NCBI GenBank assembly: GCA_026992635.1
Contig: JALWYU010000048.1
Coordinates: 1 to 59,643, forward strand
Direction: 5' to 3'
Length of the DNA stretch: 59,643 nt
Source of the DNA: Bacteroidota bacterium
Lineage (GTDB): Bacteria > Bacteroidota > Bacteroidia > JAADEI01
The notes beneath the pieces are model-generated. The model saw only the letters and a program-made list of their open reading frames with translations, ran no database searches and was not told the DNA's origin. Position numbers and translations under genes: made by a program. Of this stretch, positions 17,247-29,754 are shown in pieces (position 1 is the stretch's first letter; every line of letters begins with the position of its first letter).

Positions 17247-19643
17247 ATGGATCATGGCAGTGGGAACAACAACAGTGGTAGCAATGGCAATGTGCATGGT
17301 GCGGCGCGTGTGGCTTCGGAGGAGCGCACGCAAGCACTCACAGTAATTCTCCGCGAAGCCCCGCCAGTTGAGCCGGTGCGTGTGGAAGTATCCATTGACG
17401 GGAAAACGCTGATTCTGGAAACAGGAAAACTGGCGCGTCAAGCTGACGGCGCTGCCTTCATTACGATGGGCAGGACGCAGTTGCTGGCGACGGTCGTGTC
17501 CGCCAGAGAGGTCCAGCCCTATGCGGATTTTCTGCCGTTAACGGTGGACTACCAGGAGAAATTTTCTGCGACAGGGCGATTGCCCGGAGGCTTCTTGAAG
17601 CGTGAAGGCAGGCTGTCCGACCAGGAAATCTTAGTGAGCCGATTGGTGGACCGCGCCCTTCGCCCCCTCTTCTACAAAGACTATTTCGCAGATACGCAGG
17701 TGAAGATCACGCTGTTCTCTGCAGCGCCGGAGACCCCACCGGCAGCTTTAGCAGGGATTGCCGCCTCTGCGGCGATTATGGTTTCGGACATTCCATTTCA
17801 TGGTCCGATGGCAGAGGTTCGGATTATTCAATTGCCCGATGGGACATTTCGGCTGTTCCCCTCAGCACAGGAAGCGGAAAAAGCCGTACTGGATATCATT
17901 GTGGGGGGGACCGCCACGCATATCGTGATGGTAGAAGGCGAAATGCAAGAAGTGGACGAGAAAACCTTTCTGGAAGCACTTCAGATTGCACATCGTGCGA
18001 TTCAGGAGATTTGCCGTGCCCAGGAAGAACTGGTCAACCAACTGGGAGGTAAGAAAATCCGGGAGTACCCCCGTCCGGAAGAAGATGAAGAGATCCGTGA
18101 AGTGGTGGAGCGGGCGTCAGCCGATATGCTGGCGGTCTTTGAAGCGGCACTACCCAAGCAGGAGCGTCGGCGGCGCCTCAAAGAAATCAAAGAACGCATC
18201 CGCGAACAGCTCCCAGAGGAGAAACGGGAATCTCCACTGGTGGACAGGTACTTCCACGAGCTGGAAGCCCGCCTCATCCGGGATCTGATCTTTGAAAAGG
18301 GGATTCGCGTGGATGGGCGCAAACCCAACGAGATCCGCCCCATCTGGATGGAAGTGGATCTGCTGCATGCCACCCATGGATCGGCGTTGTTCACACGGGG
18401 TGAAACCCAGGCTTTAGCCACAGTCACAATTGGTGCCCGCTCAGAATTCCAGCTCATTGACACGCCGACCATCCAGGAGGAAAGCACGTTCATGGTGCAT
18501 TATAACTTTCCACCGTTTGCCACAGGTGAGATCAAACCCATGCGCCCGCCTACACGCCGGGAAATCGGGCATGGCAATCTGGCGTTGCGTGCATTGAAGG
18601 CGGTGATGCCCCCGGAAGACGTCCTGCCTTATACCGTGCGAGTCGTGTCGGATATTCTGGAATCCAATGGGTCGTCGTCTATGGCAACGGTCTGTGCCGG
18701 CTCCTTAGCATTGCTGGATGCGGGCGTACCGGTCAAAGGACACGTTGCAGGCATTGCCATGGGTCTGTTGCTGGATCCAGACCGGCAACGCCATGTCATT
18801 CTCACCGATATTCTGGGCGATGAAGATCACATTGGCGATATGGACTTCAAGGTGGCGGGTACGCGCAATGGCTTAACCGCCTGTCAGATGGACATCAAAG
18901 TGCCGGGTATCTCGTGGGAGATTATGGCGGAAGCCCTCCTCCAGGCAAAAGAAGCACGGCTCCGTATCCTGGAGTTGATGGAGAAAGTGATTCCGGAGCC
19001 ACGCCCCGAATTCAAGCCACACGCACCACGTACAGAAATCGTGTTCATCCCCAAGGAAACCATTGGCATCGTCATTGGTGCAGGCGGGCAGAACATCCAG
19101 GCAATTCAGCAGGAAACCGGTACGCAAATTTTCATTGAACCCTTAGAAGATCAGGGCAAAGTGTACATTACGGGTCCGGATAAAGAAAGCGTGGAAAAAG
19201 CCATTGAAAAAATCCAGAGAATTGCTGTCGTACCCCGTGTAGGGGAAGTCTATGAAGGTACAGTGAAGGAAATCTTGCCGTTTGGCGCACTCGTTGAGTT
19301 CCTGCCTAATCGTGTGGGACTCCTCCACATTTCTGAAATCGACTGGAAGCGTGTAGAACGCATTGAAGATTACTTCCGGGTAGGCGATACGATTCAGGTC
19401 AAGTTGATCGGGATCGATCCCACGGGTAAGTTCCGCCTGTCTCGCCGGGCTTTGCTTCCGCAGCCTCCACGTGCACCCCGTACGCAACGTCGGACCGGGC
19501 ATAGTGCGGAGCGGAGTCCAGGACACGGCGGAAGAATCGCGACCACTGCAGGGGGTGGCGGTCGGCGTCCGCCCGGAGCGCGCCGCCATCATTCGCGTGC
19601 GACCAGCCGCCTGTACAATTTCCGCGATGAGAAGTATTCCTGA
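17247..19643 (+). CDS. pnp: polyribonucleotide nucleotidyltransferase
   Basis: ETGKLARQADG, FLPLTVDY, RREIGHG, ESNGSSSMA, GDMDFKVAG, KH and S1 domains. Confidence 0.98.
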   Translation: MDHGSGNNNSGSNGNVHGAARVASEERTQALTVILREAPPVEPVRVEVSIDGKTLILETGKLARQADGAAFITMGRTQLLATVVSAREVQPYADFLPLTVDYQEKFSATGRLPGGFLKREGRLSDQEILVSRLVDRALRPLFYKDYFADTQVKITLFSAAPETPPAALAGIAASAAIMVSDIPFHGPMAEVRIIQLPDGTFRLFPSAQEAEKAVLDIIVGGTATHIVMVEGEMQEVDEKTFLEALQIAHRAIQEICRAQEELVNQLGGKKIREYPRPEEDEEIREVVERASADMLAVFEAALPKQERRRRLKEIKERIREQLPEEKRESPLVDRYFHELEARLIRDLIFEKGIRVDGRKPNEIRPIWMEVDLLHATHGSALFTRGETQALATVTIGARSEFQLIDTPTIQEESTFMVHYNFPPFATGEIKPMRPPTRREIGHGNLALRALKAVMPPEDVLPYTVRVVSDILESNGSSSMATVCAGSLALLDAGVPVKGHVAGIAMGLLLDPDRQRHVILTDILGDEDHIGDMDFKVAGTRNGLTACQMDIKVPGISWEIMAEALLQAKEARLRILELMEKVIPEPRPEFKPHAPRTEIVFIPKETIGIVIGAGGQNIQAIQQETGTQIFIEPLEDQGKVYITGPDKESVEKAIEKIQRIAVVPRVGEVYEGTVKEILPFGALVEFLPNRVGLLHISEIDWKRVERIEDYFRVGDTIQVKLIGIDPTGKFRLSRRALLPQPPRAPRTQRRTGHSAERSPGHGGRIATTAGGGGRRPPGARRHHSRATSRLYNFRDEKYS

Positions 19644-19691
19644 GGGGGACGTAAATCTGAAGGGAAGGCGTACACAGGTTGGGAAGAGAAA

Positions 19692-20843
19692 ATGGCTACG
19701 AACAGCTCAGGGATAGCCGATGTGGCGCCCCAGCACAGCGATACCCAATCCTTAGAAGCACTGCGTGCGCTGGTTTTGGCGCGTGCTCCACAACGCTGGA
19801 CACTGGTTGTGCATCGGAGTCCGGATGGCGATGCCTTGGGCAGTGCCCTTGCCCTCGCCCTGTTCTTGCGTAAGTGGTACACTCGCCACCTCAATCGTTC
19901 AGTAGAGATTGTGGTGTTGTCGCCTACGCCTGTTCCTGCTTATTACTGGTGGTTGCCCGGTGCCCAAACCTATTTGCAGGAGGTGGGCGCACTTTCCCAG
20001 GAGGCGCGAACCCGGTGGGTCCGCCAGACCGACGTGTTTGTCTTCGTGGATTTTAACGACCTGAGCCGATTGGAAGACCTGGGCGAAGCCATCGCACAAG
20101 CTTTGGCAACCACCCACGAAGACGGGCGTCCCATAGCTGTCCTGGTTGACCACCACGAAAACCCACGTGTGGAAACGGATTTTCGTCTTTGGTCGCCAGA
20201 CGCCGCCGCCACCGCGCAGCTCATGTGGCAATGGCTTGTGACCTGGGATTCCTCGCTGATTGACCGTGAAATCGCCACATGCATCTACACCGCATTGATG
20301 ACGGATACGGGCAGCTTCCGGTTTGGAACCACCACACCTGAAGTCCACTATCTGGCTGCCCGCCTGCTGAGCTATGGCGTTCAGCCCGACCTCGTCTACC
20401 AGAAGATTTACCACACCTTTTCGTACCATCGCCTTCAGTTTTATGGTTTTTGCCTGCTGGCACGCCTTCGTTATTTGCCCTTTTTTCGGTGTGCCTATTT
20501 AGTGGTATCGGCTGAGGATTTGCGTCGCTTTCGGATTGGGGCAGGCGAAACGGAAGGACTCGTCAACTATACACTGACGTTGCAAAATGTGGTGTTGGGC
20601 GCGTTACTCATTGACCGGACACAACCGCATCACACGCGTCCCACGATTCGCCTGTCGTTACGGTCGACGGGCTCACTTCGCGTAGATGAACTGGCGGTGC
20701 GGTACTTTAACGGGGGTGGACATGCCAATGCCGCAGGGGGTGTACTTCATATGCCACTTACTGAGGCAGAAGCCTATTTTCTGGATGTGCTCAAGCGGGA
20801 ATTTCCCCGGTGGACACAGCCCATAACCAGTTCTTCCGACTGA
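19692..20843 (+). CDS. nrnA: DHH-family bifunctional oligoribonuclease/PAP phosphatase
   Basis: HRSPDGDALGS, DHH, TDTGSF, SLRS, GGGHANAAG. Confidence 0.88.
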   Translation: MATNSSGIADVAPQHSDTQSLEALRALVLARAPQRWTLVVHRSPDGDALGSALALALFLRKWYTRHLNRSVEIVVLSPTPVPAYYWWLPGAQTYLQEVGALSQEARTRWVRQTDVFVFVDFNDLSRLEDLGEAIAQALATTHEDGRPIAVLVDHHENPRVETDFRLWSPDAAATAQLMWQWLVTWDSSLIDREIATCIYTALMTDTGSFRFGTTTPEVHYLAARLLSYGVQPDLVYQKIYHTFSYHRLQFYGFCLLARLRYLPFFRCAYLVVSAEDLRRFRIGAGETEGLVNYTLTLQNVVLGALLIDRTQPHHTRPTIRLSLRSTGSLRVDELAVRYFNGGGHANAAGGVLHMPLTEAEAYFLDVLKREFPRWTQPITSSSD

Positions 20844-20847
20844 TTGG

Positions 20848-20875
20848 ACGTGTGTGTGTGTGTGCGTGTGCGTGC
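20848..20875. repeat. (GT)n / purine-pyrimidine alternating tract
   Basis: ACGTGTGTGTGTGTGTGCGTGTGCGTGC in the nrnA-tamB intergenic region. Confidence 0.85.
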
Positions 20876-20964
20876 TACTGGTTGGCAGATCTATCCTCTT
20901 TTGGGATTTGTGTGGGAATTGTCCCGGGAACTGGCATAAATTTTGCATAGGAGGGTAGATGACA

Positions 20965-23900
20965 TGGCGGTGAAACAACGAATGCGTACGGATACCAGCA
21001 ATTGGGCAGGACTGCGGGACGAGCAGAATGGACGGCAGGTGGGGCAGGTGGGTGCAGTCCGCCAAAGTGGGCGTGGGCGCAGGTGGCGTCGGCGCCTCCT
21101 CGCAATTGCCATTGCGCTGCTTCTGGTGGGGGCAGGTGTATTCTGGTGGGGGACAGGCAGGATTGTTTCGGGCGCACTCTATGTCGCGCAGCGCCAGCTG
21201 GCTGCCGATAGTATTTTCTTAGCGTGGGAGCGGATCCTGTGGTTGCCACCCTATACGCTGATTATTCGGGGCATTCATATGCATCGGGATTCTGCCTTTG
21301 ATGTGTTTGTGGACCGTGTAGCCCTTCGGATTCGGTGGCAATCTATCTGGAAGGGCATTTTTCGCGTGCACAGTCTGACTGTTCAGGATGTGGAGGGGAT
21401 GGTCTGGCTTTTCCCGATCGCCTCGGATACCGTTGATTCTGCACCTGATACCCCTTCATCTGCCTTAGCTGAACCGGTGGATTTGCCGCCGGTTCAGCTG
21501 GATCGCTTGATTCTCCGGGATGTGTCCTTGACGGTGATGCTAACCCGCGAAGATACGCTCAGTCGTCTGGCTGGTTTTCAGATGGGGATTTATCGGGTGT
21601 GTACCGGGGGTTCATCCCTGACCATAGACTCCCTGACGTTGCGCGCTCGCCAGTTGCACGTATGGAGTTTTGCCGACACAACGGAAACACCTCCGTCTGA
21701 TACGCTGTGGGCGTGGTCCTGGCTGGCGGTTCTTCCCTCCGGAATGCACGTCGGGATTGCGCGTATTCGTGTAATAGTGGACACCTTTAGTTTTACACAG
21801 GTGGATTCATCCGGGTTGGTGTATGGGGAAGACAGTGTGTGGGTTCGTCGGGCGCCATCCACTTTGTCCTACTCAGGACGTACTTCCATGGAGGTTAGTC
21901 AGTTGCGGGCTATCCTGGATGAAATTGCCTTCAGCGCTGATTCATTCACGGTGACCAGAGTAAGTCTTGAAGCAGCAAAACCTGCACTGAGTGTGTCGGG
22001 TGCACTTTCTGCGGATATCGTGCGCCAGACCTTAGCTGTGCCCCAGCTCATTGTCCATACGCCTGCATGGACGATGCATTATGCTGGCTGGCTGAATACC
22101 CGACAGCCCATAGTGCGCACCACCGATCCGCTTGCACACATAGAAGGCTGGCACGCGTTGCACATAGAGACTGACGCGGGAGATTCACTGTGGCACTGGC
22201 TGAGCCAGTGGGCAAACTTTCTGGGTCAGGACCTGGACAGCCTCCTCTATGGTGTCGCGACACTTCCCGCCAGCAAATTGAATCTTGCTGTACACACCTG
22301 GGGAGGAACCCTTGCCATTGCCTGGCATCTTACGCTGCGTTCGGGCGAGGGCAAACCTGTGCTGGATAATCAGAACTTTGTGGTTGCCCAATGGGAAAGT
22401 CATATCTCAGTGGATTCACTGATGCGTGGGGGTGTCCTTCCTGTGGCAGGCAGGGTTCACGGCGCACTCTTCATTGCACCGGGGTTGCAGCGGTTTTGGC
22501 AGGCGTGGGTTACCCAACCACTGGACAGCGTCTGGCAGGGGTGGTGGACCGCCTTCACGCCTGCGTACTGGTCGTGGCACGGCGGGATTCACAATCAAAC
22601 CCTTACGCTGTGGCACAGACTGTGGTTGGGAACTGCCCACTTTCAATTTCATACCCGGTATATCCATGGAATGCACCCGGAGGTGGTTGCCCAATGGACA
22701 GGCAGTGCAATAGGGTTGCCTTCACCGGTTCAAACCCGGGTGGATTCACTCACTGGTACTTTGACCCTGACGCTTAATCAAGATTACACCCTTCAGGAGA
22801 GTCAAGCCGAGCTGGTCGCCCATCATGTTTCCAGTCCCTATTTACGGGATTCTGTGAATTTTCGGCTGGTGGGCGAATTGCATTCTTCTATCTGGCATCT
22901 TTCGTTGTGGCTGTATGGCAGAGATGTTTTTCAGCAGTTGATTTTTACGATGCATGGCACACAGGAAGCATTCTTTGTTCGTGGACAGGGTCAGGGTTCT
23001 ATCACATGCCAGGCGTCTATGCCCCATGGATGGAACGCCCTGCCCATCCCTGTCCATCTCCATCCGCTGGAAACCCATTTTCGCTTTCAATGGCGGGAGG
23101 ATGCCTTCAGCCTGACGTGGGATCTGGCAGAAAGTCAGGTTCGCTTAGATACGGTTATGCAATCGCTGGCAGGGACAATGGGAGGTATTCGGTGGACAGC
23201 TCCGGACTCCCTGAGCCTGTGGCTGGCAGGTTCAGGAATGGATGCGTCCTTTCAGGCGGCACATCTCACGGCACTCACGGCATTCTTAGAGGAGAACCCA
23301 CTGTGGGGCTTCTTTCCGGCTCAACCCCTTCCATCTGGACAAATTGCATTCCATCTGAATCTGGAATCTGTGCCCGACGTGCTGATTGCCCAGTTATTTC
23401 CGGATCTTCGGGTGGAGGCACCCGTTAAAATCCGGCTCAATGTGGCAGATTCAATAGTTCAGGCTCAGGCGCGCCTCCAGGAACTGTGCTATGCGCCCGG
23501 CGAAATCTGTGCGTCCAATTTGATGCTGGAAAGTCAGATTGCCCCAGGACGAACCCACTGGCAAGCACTGATCCACCAGATCACCTTGCCCGCCCTGGAT
23601 ACGTTAATGAACTGGCATGTGCGCTGGCGGGGAGACAGCCTGCTGGGCACCCTCCACCTCAAAACCCATTTTGCGCACACCACCCAGCCCTTTGTCTTGC
23701 AATTTGCTGTGTATCGGTCAGGGACTTTCTGGCGAATGGGCATTGACTCAATGGTCTTTCCCTACGGTGAAGAGCAATGGTATGCCGTGCCCGCTTATTG
23801 TATGGCGGGTCCGGGCGCCGTGTGCATTCCCGACCTCTTCCTGACCAATACCGAAGGGACAGCCTCCCTGCGCTTTGCCCTTCAACCCGACGGGTACTAC

Positions 23901-25952
23901 GCTTTACATGTAGATAGATTTCACCTCACACCCTTGCTCCGGACGTTCGTCGCACCCTACGTGGGAATGGATCTGGCGGGCAGACTCTCAGGACATATCC
24001 GCGTGGACACATTGCTTCAAAAAGTCGCGGTAGATTCTATTGTACTTCGTGCGGTGCGCCTGGATACCATGCTATTGCCTGTATGGCGGCTGGCAGGCGC
24101 TTACGATCTGAAGCGCCAAACCGGAACTGTTCAACTTATTCAACAGGATGCGAACCGCCATCAGGGCGTGCTGATGGGTCGGGTCACCCCGAACCAGGTC
24201 GTCCTCACGATGGATTCGTTTGGGATTCACTGGCTCCAGCCTTTCTTAACCGGGATCCTGGATTCGTTCGCAGGCTTCCTCACCACGGAACAGCCCATTG
24301 TAATCCATCTTGCCTCTGGAGGGGAAGCAATCAACGACCTGAACGGAACAATCCAAATTCAGGGTTTGCACTTTCATGTTGATTTCACGGGTGTAACCTA
24401 CAGTGCAACGGGTAAGGGAATTTTGACTGGTGATAGCCTTCAGTTGCGCCTGGTTTTGACCGATCCGGCAGGCAGACTTGCCCGTGCTCAGGGGGCTGTG
24501 CACTTTCAGCCCTTTACCTATTCGGTCAGCATCACAACGCGAGATGTGCTGGCGATGGCAACCACTGCCGAACAAAACCCCGACTATTATGGCGTGGCAC
24601 GGATCGGCGGAACCGTCCGGCTGTATGGCGACCTCTCCACATTCTGGATTGCCTTAGAGGAAGTTACGCCAATCCGTCCTTCCGAATTAACCATGCCCAT
24701 TTACACGGGTCCTTACGTTTCGGAAGAAGACTGGATTCGTTTTCGTCCGCGAAGCACGCCAGCCAATCAGAATGTTCAGAGTGCTGGCAAGCGACAGTCC
24801 ACCCAGGACCAATCCGCCAGTTCAACGGAACAACAGGCTTCTACGGGAGCGGATACCGACGAAGGTGAGGCATTTGGCGTGGGCTTTCGGGCAACGATCC
24901 ATCTTTCGGATGCGTTGACGCTGGTCATTCCGTTTGACCCACCCACGGGCGACGTACTGCAGGTGGCGGGCACCGGCAATATAGAACTGGAATACCTGCC
25001 CGATGGACGATTCGCTATGCGTGGCATTTATCAGATTCAGAGTGGCAGTTACCGGTTTAACTACAGTGGCTTGATTGTCAAGGAGTTTCAAATTGCCGAG
25101 GGGACGATTCGGTGGACAGGCTCCCCTTACGACGGACTGCTGGACCTCATCGCTGAATACCGCCAAAAGACCACGACCTCAAACCTGGCACTCTACCAGC
25201 AGCAACAAAGTGGGGGGCAAGCCAGCGAGCTGCCCCGGTATGTTACTGCCATCGTCCGAATGCATATGCAGGGTACGCTTGCGCAACCCACCCTTGCCTT
25301 TGAACTGGATATTGTGGAGGCGGAGCGCGATCCGCGCCTCGCAACCATTGTCCGGGCAATCAATGCCAATCCTCAGGAGCGGGACTACCAGGTGTTCAGT
25401 TTGCTGGCAATCAATCAGTTTGCACCTCCACGATATGCAGGTGGGGGGGTTGTCGCGGGCGCCTCCAACGTGTACCAGACAATGAGCCACTTCATGTCCC
25501 AGCAATTGACGTCGCTGGCGCAGGAACTCCTCGGCGATGAATCCCTGCAACTCACTGTTGGCTACCAGAAAGGCAAAGAAGCCACCGGACAAAAAGCCGT
25601 TGCCGTAGAAGTGGGCATTTCCAAAGCATTGTTCGGACAGCGCATGGTAATAGACATTGGCGGGACGATGGTCCGTGCGCATGAGGGCAGTCAACTGTCC
25701 GGAACGATGCAACTGGAGTATTTGCTGACGAAAGATGGGAGGTGGCGCTGGCGCCTATTCTCGCAAATGCAGGAGGGGGCAGCCGGCCAAAAGGTTTACT
25801 ATACGGGGATGGGTTTGCGGTATGTCCGCCATTTTGAAAAACTCTTCCGTACGAAGCAAAAGAAAAAGCAAGCCAGCCAAAACGAAAAAGCCAATCGCAA
25901 CACACTTCAGAACAGACCAATCAGGGAGGAAGAAGAGCAGGAAAACCCATAA
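20965..25952 (+). CDS. tamB: translocation/assembly module TamB (DUF490) family protein
   Basis: ~1660 aa with N-terminal TM anchor and long beta-rich body; C-terminal GSYRF..GTIRWTGSPY..QVFSLL..EYLLTKDG..GMGLRY; start uncertain. Confidence 0.82.
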
Positions 25953-25967
25953 CAAAGGGTGTTGTGC

Positions 25968-27059
25968 ATGCGTGTTCGCGTCGGGGGTTTTCGGGCGTTG
26001 TGCCTGGTGCTGAGCGGATGTTGCCTGATAGGACTGGAAGACAGAGAATTTTCTGACTCCAGCGTGGGATTTGCGCGATGGGCAGTGAACATTGCAGAGC
26101 CGTCGGCACTGTGTGGCGGGCTTACGCCGGCAAACGCGCAATATAGCTGGCGGGGGCAACTACCCGGGGAGACAGACAAGCGGGAGGCGGGCAAGTCCTC
26201 AGTCCGAAAAAAAGATTGGCTTGTGTTTCGGTTGCGCGTAGTGTGGGTGGGTAGTTCGCCGGTGGATTCAGCCCGGTTATGGCAGGGGTTAGCACGGCTT
26301 GCCCGTGCTTTGAAGCCCCACCGTGTTTGTTTTCGGCTGGTGGAAGTGGTTCAGCGACGCGATCCATTCCTGGAGGAAAAGCAATTTTTTGGGAAGTGGC
26401 GCTGTCCCTCAGATTTGCCAATGCTGCCTTATATGCGGTTGGGCAGTCACCTGCGCCTGTACTATTCCGATTCGGTAGCACTAACATTGATGGTGTTGCC
26501 CAATTTGTGCAATCGGGGAGTGGTGGCGTATGGCTGGACACCCGCTGTACGCCAGGACGTTGTCCATACTGGCTTGATTGCCCATGAACTGGGGCATTCC
26601 TTTGGACTCCAGCACACACATCTGGGCATTACCGAGAGCCGACGATGCACCGAGTGGGTCTGGGCAATGCACACGGCGGGGCGGAACCCCGCCTGTCAGC
26701 GGGGTGGCGATGGCATTTGCGATACCTATCCCTCACCCCTCTACTATGAAGGTGTCGATCCTCATACGTGCCAGTGGGATGGACAAACCACTGCCAAAAC
26801 ACTGTGTGCACCCTTAGGGAAGGATTCGCTGTTGCGCCGTCGGTTTCTGGACTCCCTGAAAGCAATCGCCGATCGGCTACCAAACTCATTTGTCACCAAC
26901 GTTATGTCGTATGTGCCCTTAGTGCATTGCATGCGTTCGTTTACTGAGGAGCAGGGGTTTCGGATTCGCCGTGCCCTCCTTCAGCAATATGTCCGGACGC
27001 TCGTGGGTGTGTACCGGCGCCGTCCACCTCGGGGAATGTGTTTTGGGACAGACAAATAA
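25968..27059 (+). CDS. zinc metalloprotease (metzincin, M43-like)
   Basis: HELGHSFGLQHTH zinc motif, GDGICDT, NVMSY Met-turn, FTEEQ..R. Confidence 0.75.
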   Translation: MRVRVGGFRALCLVLSGCCLIGLEDREFSDSSVGFARWAVNIAEPSALCGGLTPANAQYSWRGQLPGETDKREAGKSSVRKKDWLVFRLRVVWVGSSPVDSARLWQGLARLARALKPHRVCFRLVEVVQRRDPFLEEKQFFGKWRCPSDLPMLPYMRLGSHLRLYYSDSVALTLMVLPNLCNRGVVAYGWTPAVRQDVVHTGLIAHELGHSFGLQHTHLGITESRRCTEWVWAMHTAGRNPACQRGGDGICDTYPSPLYYEGVDPHTCQWDGQTTAKTLCAPLGKDSLLRRRFLDSLKAIADRLPNSFVTNVMSYVPLVHCMRSFTEEQGFRIRRALLQQYVRTLVGVYRRRPPRGMCFGTDK

Positions 27060-27086
27060 GGGATGGTTGACTCGCTTTGCAGAGTA

Positions 27087-28587
27087 TCATGGTGGGCAGA
27101 ACTGCCACCAGTCGCGAATGTATGTGGAACAATTGGTTCCAAATCCACCGAACAATCCCAAACCAGGGACATAGGCAAGTGGTAGATTGTTTCGGGGTCC
27201 GCCAGGGAAGGCGTTTAGTGGAACCCATTGTCCTCCTATCACGTCGTAGTAGTAGTACTGACTTGTGCAGATGCAGCAGCAGGGGGTCAAGCCACCTGTT
27301 ACAAGGATTTTTCCTGAGGGCAATGCCACTGCCCAGCTGTCATACTGGTTTACAGGGTAATTGGGCAGTTGTGTCCAGGTCCCGGTAGATAAGTCGTAGC
27401 TGTAGAAATCGGAGGAGCAGGTTCCGGATTGTGTTCGTCCCGTGCCCATGTATAATTTTCCGTTCCAGTAAGCAATGAAAGGCATTTCCCGTCCCCCACC
27501 AGGGTATACAGCCAGGAAACTCCAGGTATTGGTAATCGGGTTGTAGCGCCAGACCGTGTCAGAACGCACGCCATTTGCCAGCAACCCACCAAAGATATAC
27601 CCGTATCTGCCGTCGGATGTGCCGGCTGCGCCCTGGCGCCCGGCGGGCAGAGGCGCCACTGCCTGCCACTGATCGGTCGCGGGAATATACCGGTAAACCG
27701 CACTGTAATAAGTTCCACATCCGTATCCGCCACCCCCAACGTAAATGGTGTCATTGATGACGAATGCAAATGGAATTCCCCCGCCTACGTCGGCAGGCAT
27801 ACTGGCTTTCTGCGTCCAGATACCTGTGCATGGGTCCCACTCCCACCAGTCCTTGTAGCAATTTGACCCCACATCCCCTGCTCCAAAGTATACTTTACCC
27901 CCTGCAGCGGCGATGATCTGGTTATTGCGTCCGGCAATAGAATAGGGGGGAGAGGGCAGCTGAGTCCAGCTGTTGGGCAGAGCATCGTCGCAGTAATCGG
28001 GTCCAAGGGTCTTGACTGCTACAACATTGGATTCCAGCAGGCTACCGCAGGGAGTTTGAGCCTTGACGCGATAATAGTACCAGGTATTGCATTGAAGCCC
28101 TGTAACGGTGTAGTGAGTGGCGGTATCTACATTGAAGTTTTGGTATCCGGGCACATAGTTTGTGAAAGTGGGGTCGGTTGCGACATCCAGCAGGTACGTA
28201 GAGCCGGGAGGTGCGCCTATCCAGTTGGCGTCAAAGGAAGTAGCTGTGATGTGGGTTGCAGGAAGTGCCTGGAAGAAGGGTGCTGAGCCTGTGGAGGCGG
28301 TTGCCACAACACGCCATGTACCTGTTGCTGTATCCCAGTACTCATACCATTGGCAATCCACATTGAAGATCAGTAAGGAATGAGCGGGTACAGCGATTGC
28401 GTTGCGCTGTTGGGTGGTGAGACGTGGGATCAGGATTCCCTTAGAGGTATCCCATATTTCCAGGCGTGCGGAGGGATGGGGACCAGTGGTGCCAATGCCT
28501 ACATTTTGGGCAAACAAGTGGTCAGAACAAAGCAGAATCATAACAACACTTTTGAAGAATGCCGAGACAGAGGGAGTGCGTTGCATG
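27087..28587 (-). CDS. secreted Kelch-repeat protein with QNVGIGT N-terminal module and FN3 domain
   Basis: Signal peptide, AQNVGIGT..SARLEI..GILIPR, FN3 (VTGLQCNTWYYYRVKA), Kelch blades (IYVGGG..YRYIP..W); start uncertain. Confidence 0.8.
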
Positions 28588-29072
28588 GTTGATGGATTTG
28601 GGAGGTAGGGAATGATGATGAGTATACGGAGGTGGTTCAATCAGGCGGTCGTCATCAGCTAAGTTATATGGTTTCGGTGTGAAGTGCGGAAATTGGGCGG
28701 CGAAGGTTTTCAAAAAAGAAGCCACTTTATGTGTGATTTTGGTTTGTAATTATCTGGTTTTCAGTTATTTTTTGTGCTATGTTGTTTTCAGATTGGATAG
28801 GGGCGTTATGGCGAGTCAGATTCTGGCATTTAGGATTTTGCAATGGTGCATGTGGTTGTTTCGGTTGAGGTGAGGGTAATGGTTGAAGCATTGTTTGTCG
28901 GAATACGGTCTGCTGGAAGTGATCATAGCCAGAAAATGAAGGGCAAGCAGGTGCAAAGAAATGTGCCATCTGGCAGAGATACCGGATAATTTGGGGAAGA
29001 GAGAAACAGACTGTAAGCGCTGGGCGTCTGACTTAGGGTAGTGTTATCTCTTAATGAGAGGAAGGCGAATTT

Positions 29073-29140
29073 GGGGAACTTTTTCCGCCCCGGAAACCGT
29101 TATATCGTGAAAAGTTTCCTACGTTTCCAAAGTTTCCCGG
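29073..29140. promoter_or_regulatory. candidate TetR operator region
   Basis: GGAAAC-N16-GTTTCC inverted pair (29092-29119) and three GTTTCC copies just upstream of the tetR ATG. Confidence 0.35.
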
Positions 29141-29160
29141 ACACGCCAAAACCAGAACCA

Positions 29161-29754
29161 ATGCGAGAAAAAATCCTTCAAGCAGCCGAAGACCTCTTTC
29201 TCCGCCATGGCGTCATCGCCGTCAGTATGGACGACATCGCGCGCGAACTGGGCATCAGCAAAAAGACCCTCTACAAAGTGTTTCCCTCTAAGGAAGAACT
29301 GGTTCGGGAAGCCGTCGCACGTCGCTTCCAGCGAATCGTCACCGCCATTGAGCAGTTCAAAGCAGAAAGCACTTCACCCGTGGAAGAACTGGCAAAGATT
29401 CAGGGATTGATGTTTGAAAACCTCAAATACCAGAAGGAATCGCCCATCTATCAGTTAAAGCGGGCGTTCCCGGAAATTGCCCAGTGGCTGCTCTCGCATA
29501 TGCGGGACTACATCATCAGTTATCTGCGCGATAATATTGAGCGGGGCAAGCAGGCAGGCTTGTACAAATCCGAGATTGACGCTGAGTTTGCCAGCCGACT
29601 GTTCTATGCCGCCCTGGTGGGTTCTACCGAACCAGACATTTTTCCCACGGACCAGTACCCCTCGGCACAGGTGTCCCAAAAAATCCTGGAACTGTTCATG
29701 CAGGCATTGCTCACGGAAAAAGGCAAACGGATATGGCAAGAAGTACGTGGCTAA
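29161..29754 (+). CDS. TetR/AcrR-family transcriptional regulator
   Basis: MREKILQAAEDLF..SMDDIARELGISKKTLYKVFPSKEEL helix-turn-helix. Confidence 0.93.
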   Translation: MREKILQAAEDLFLRHGVIAVSMDDIARELGISKKTLYKVFPSKEELVREAVARRFQRIVTAIEQFKAESTSPVEELAKIQGLMFENLKYQKESPIYQLKRAFPEIAQWLLSHMRDYIISYLRDNIERGKQAGLYKSEIDAEFASRLFYAALVGSTEPDIFPTDQYPSAQVSQKILELFMQALLTEKGKRIWQEVRG

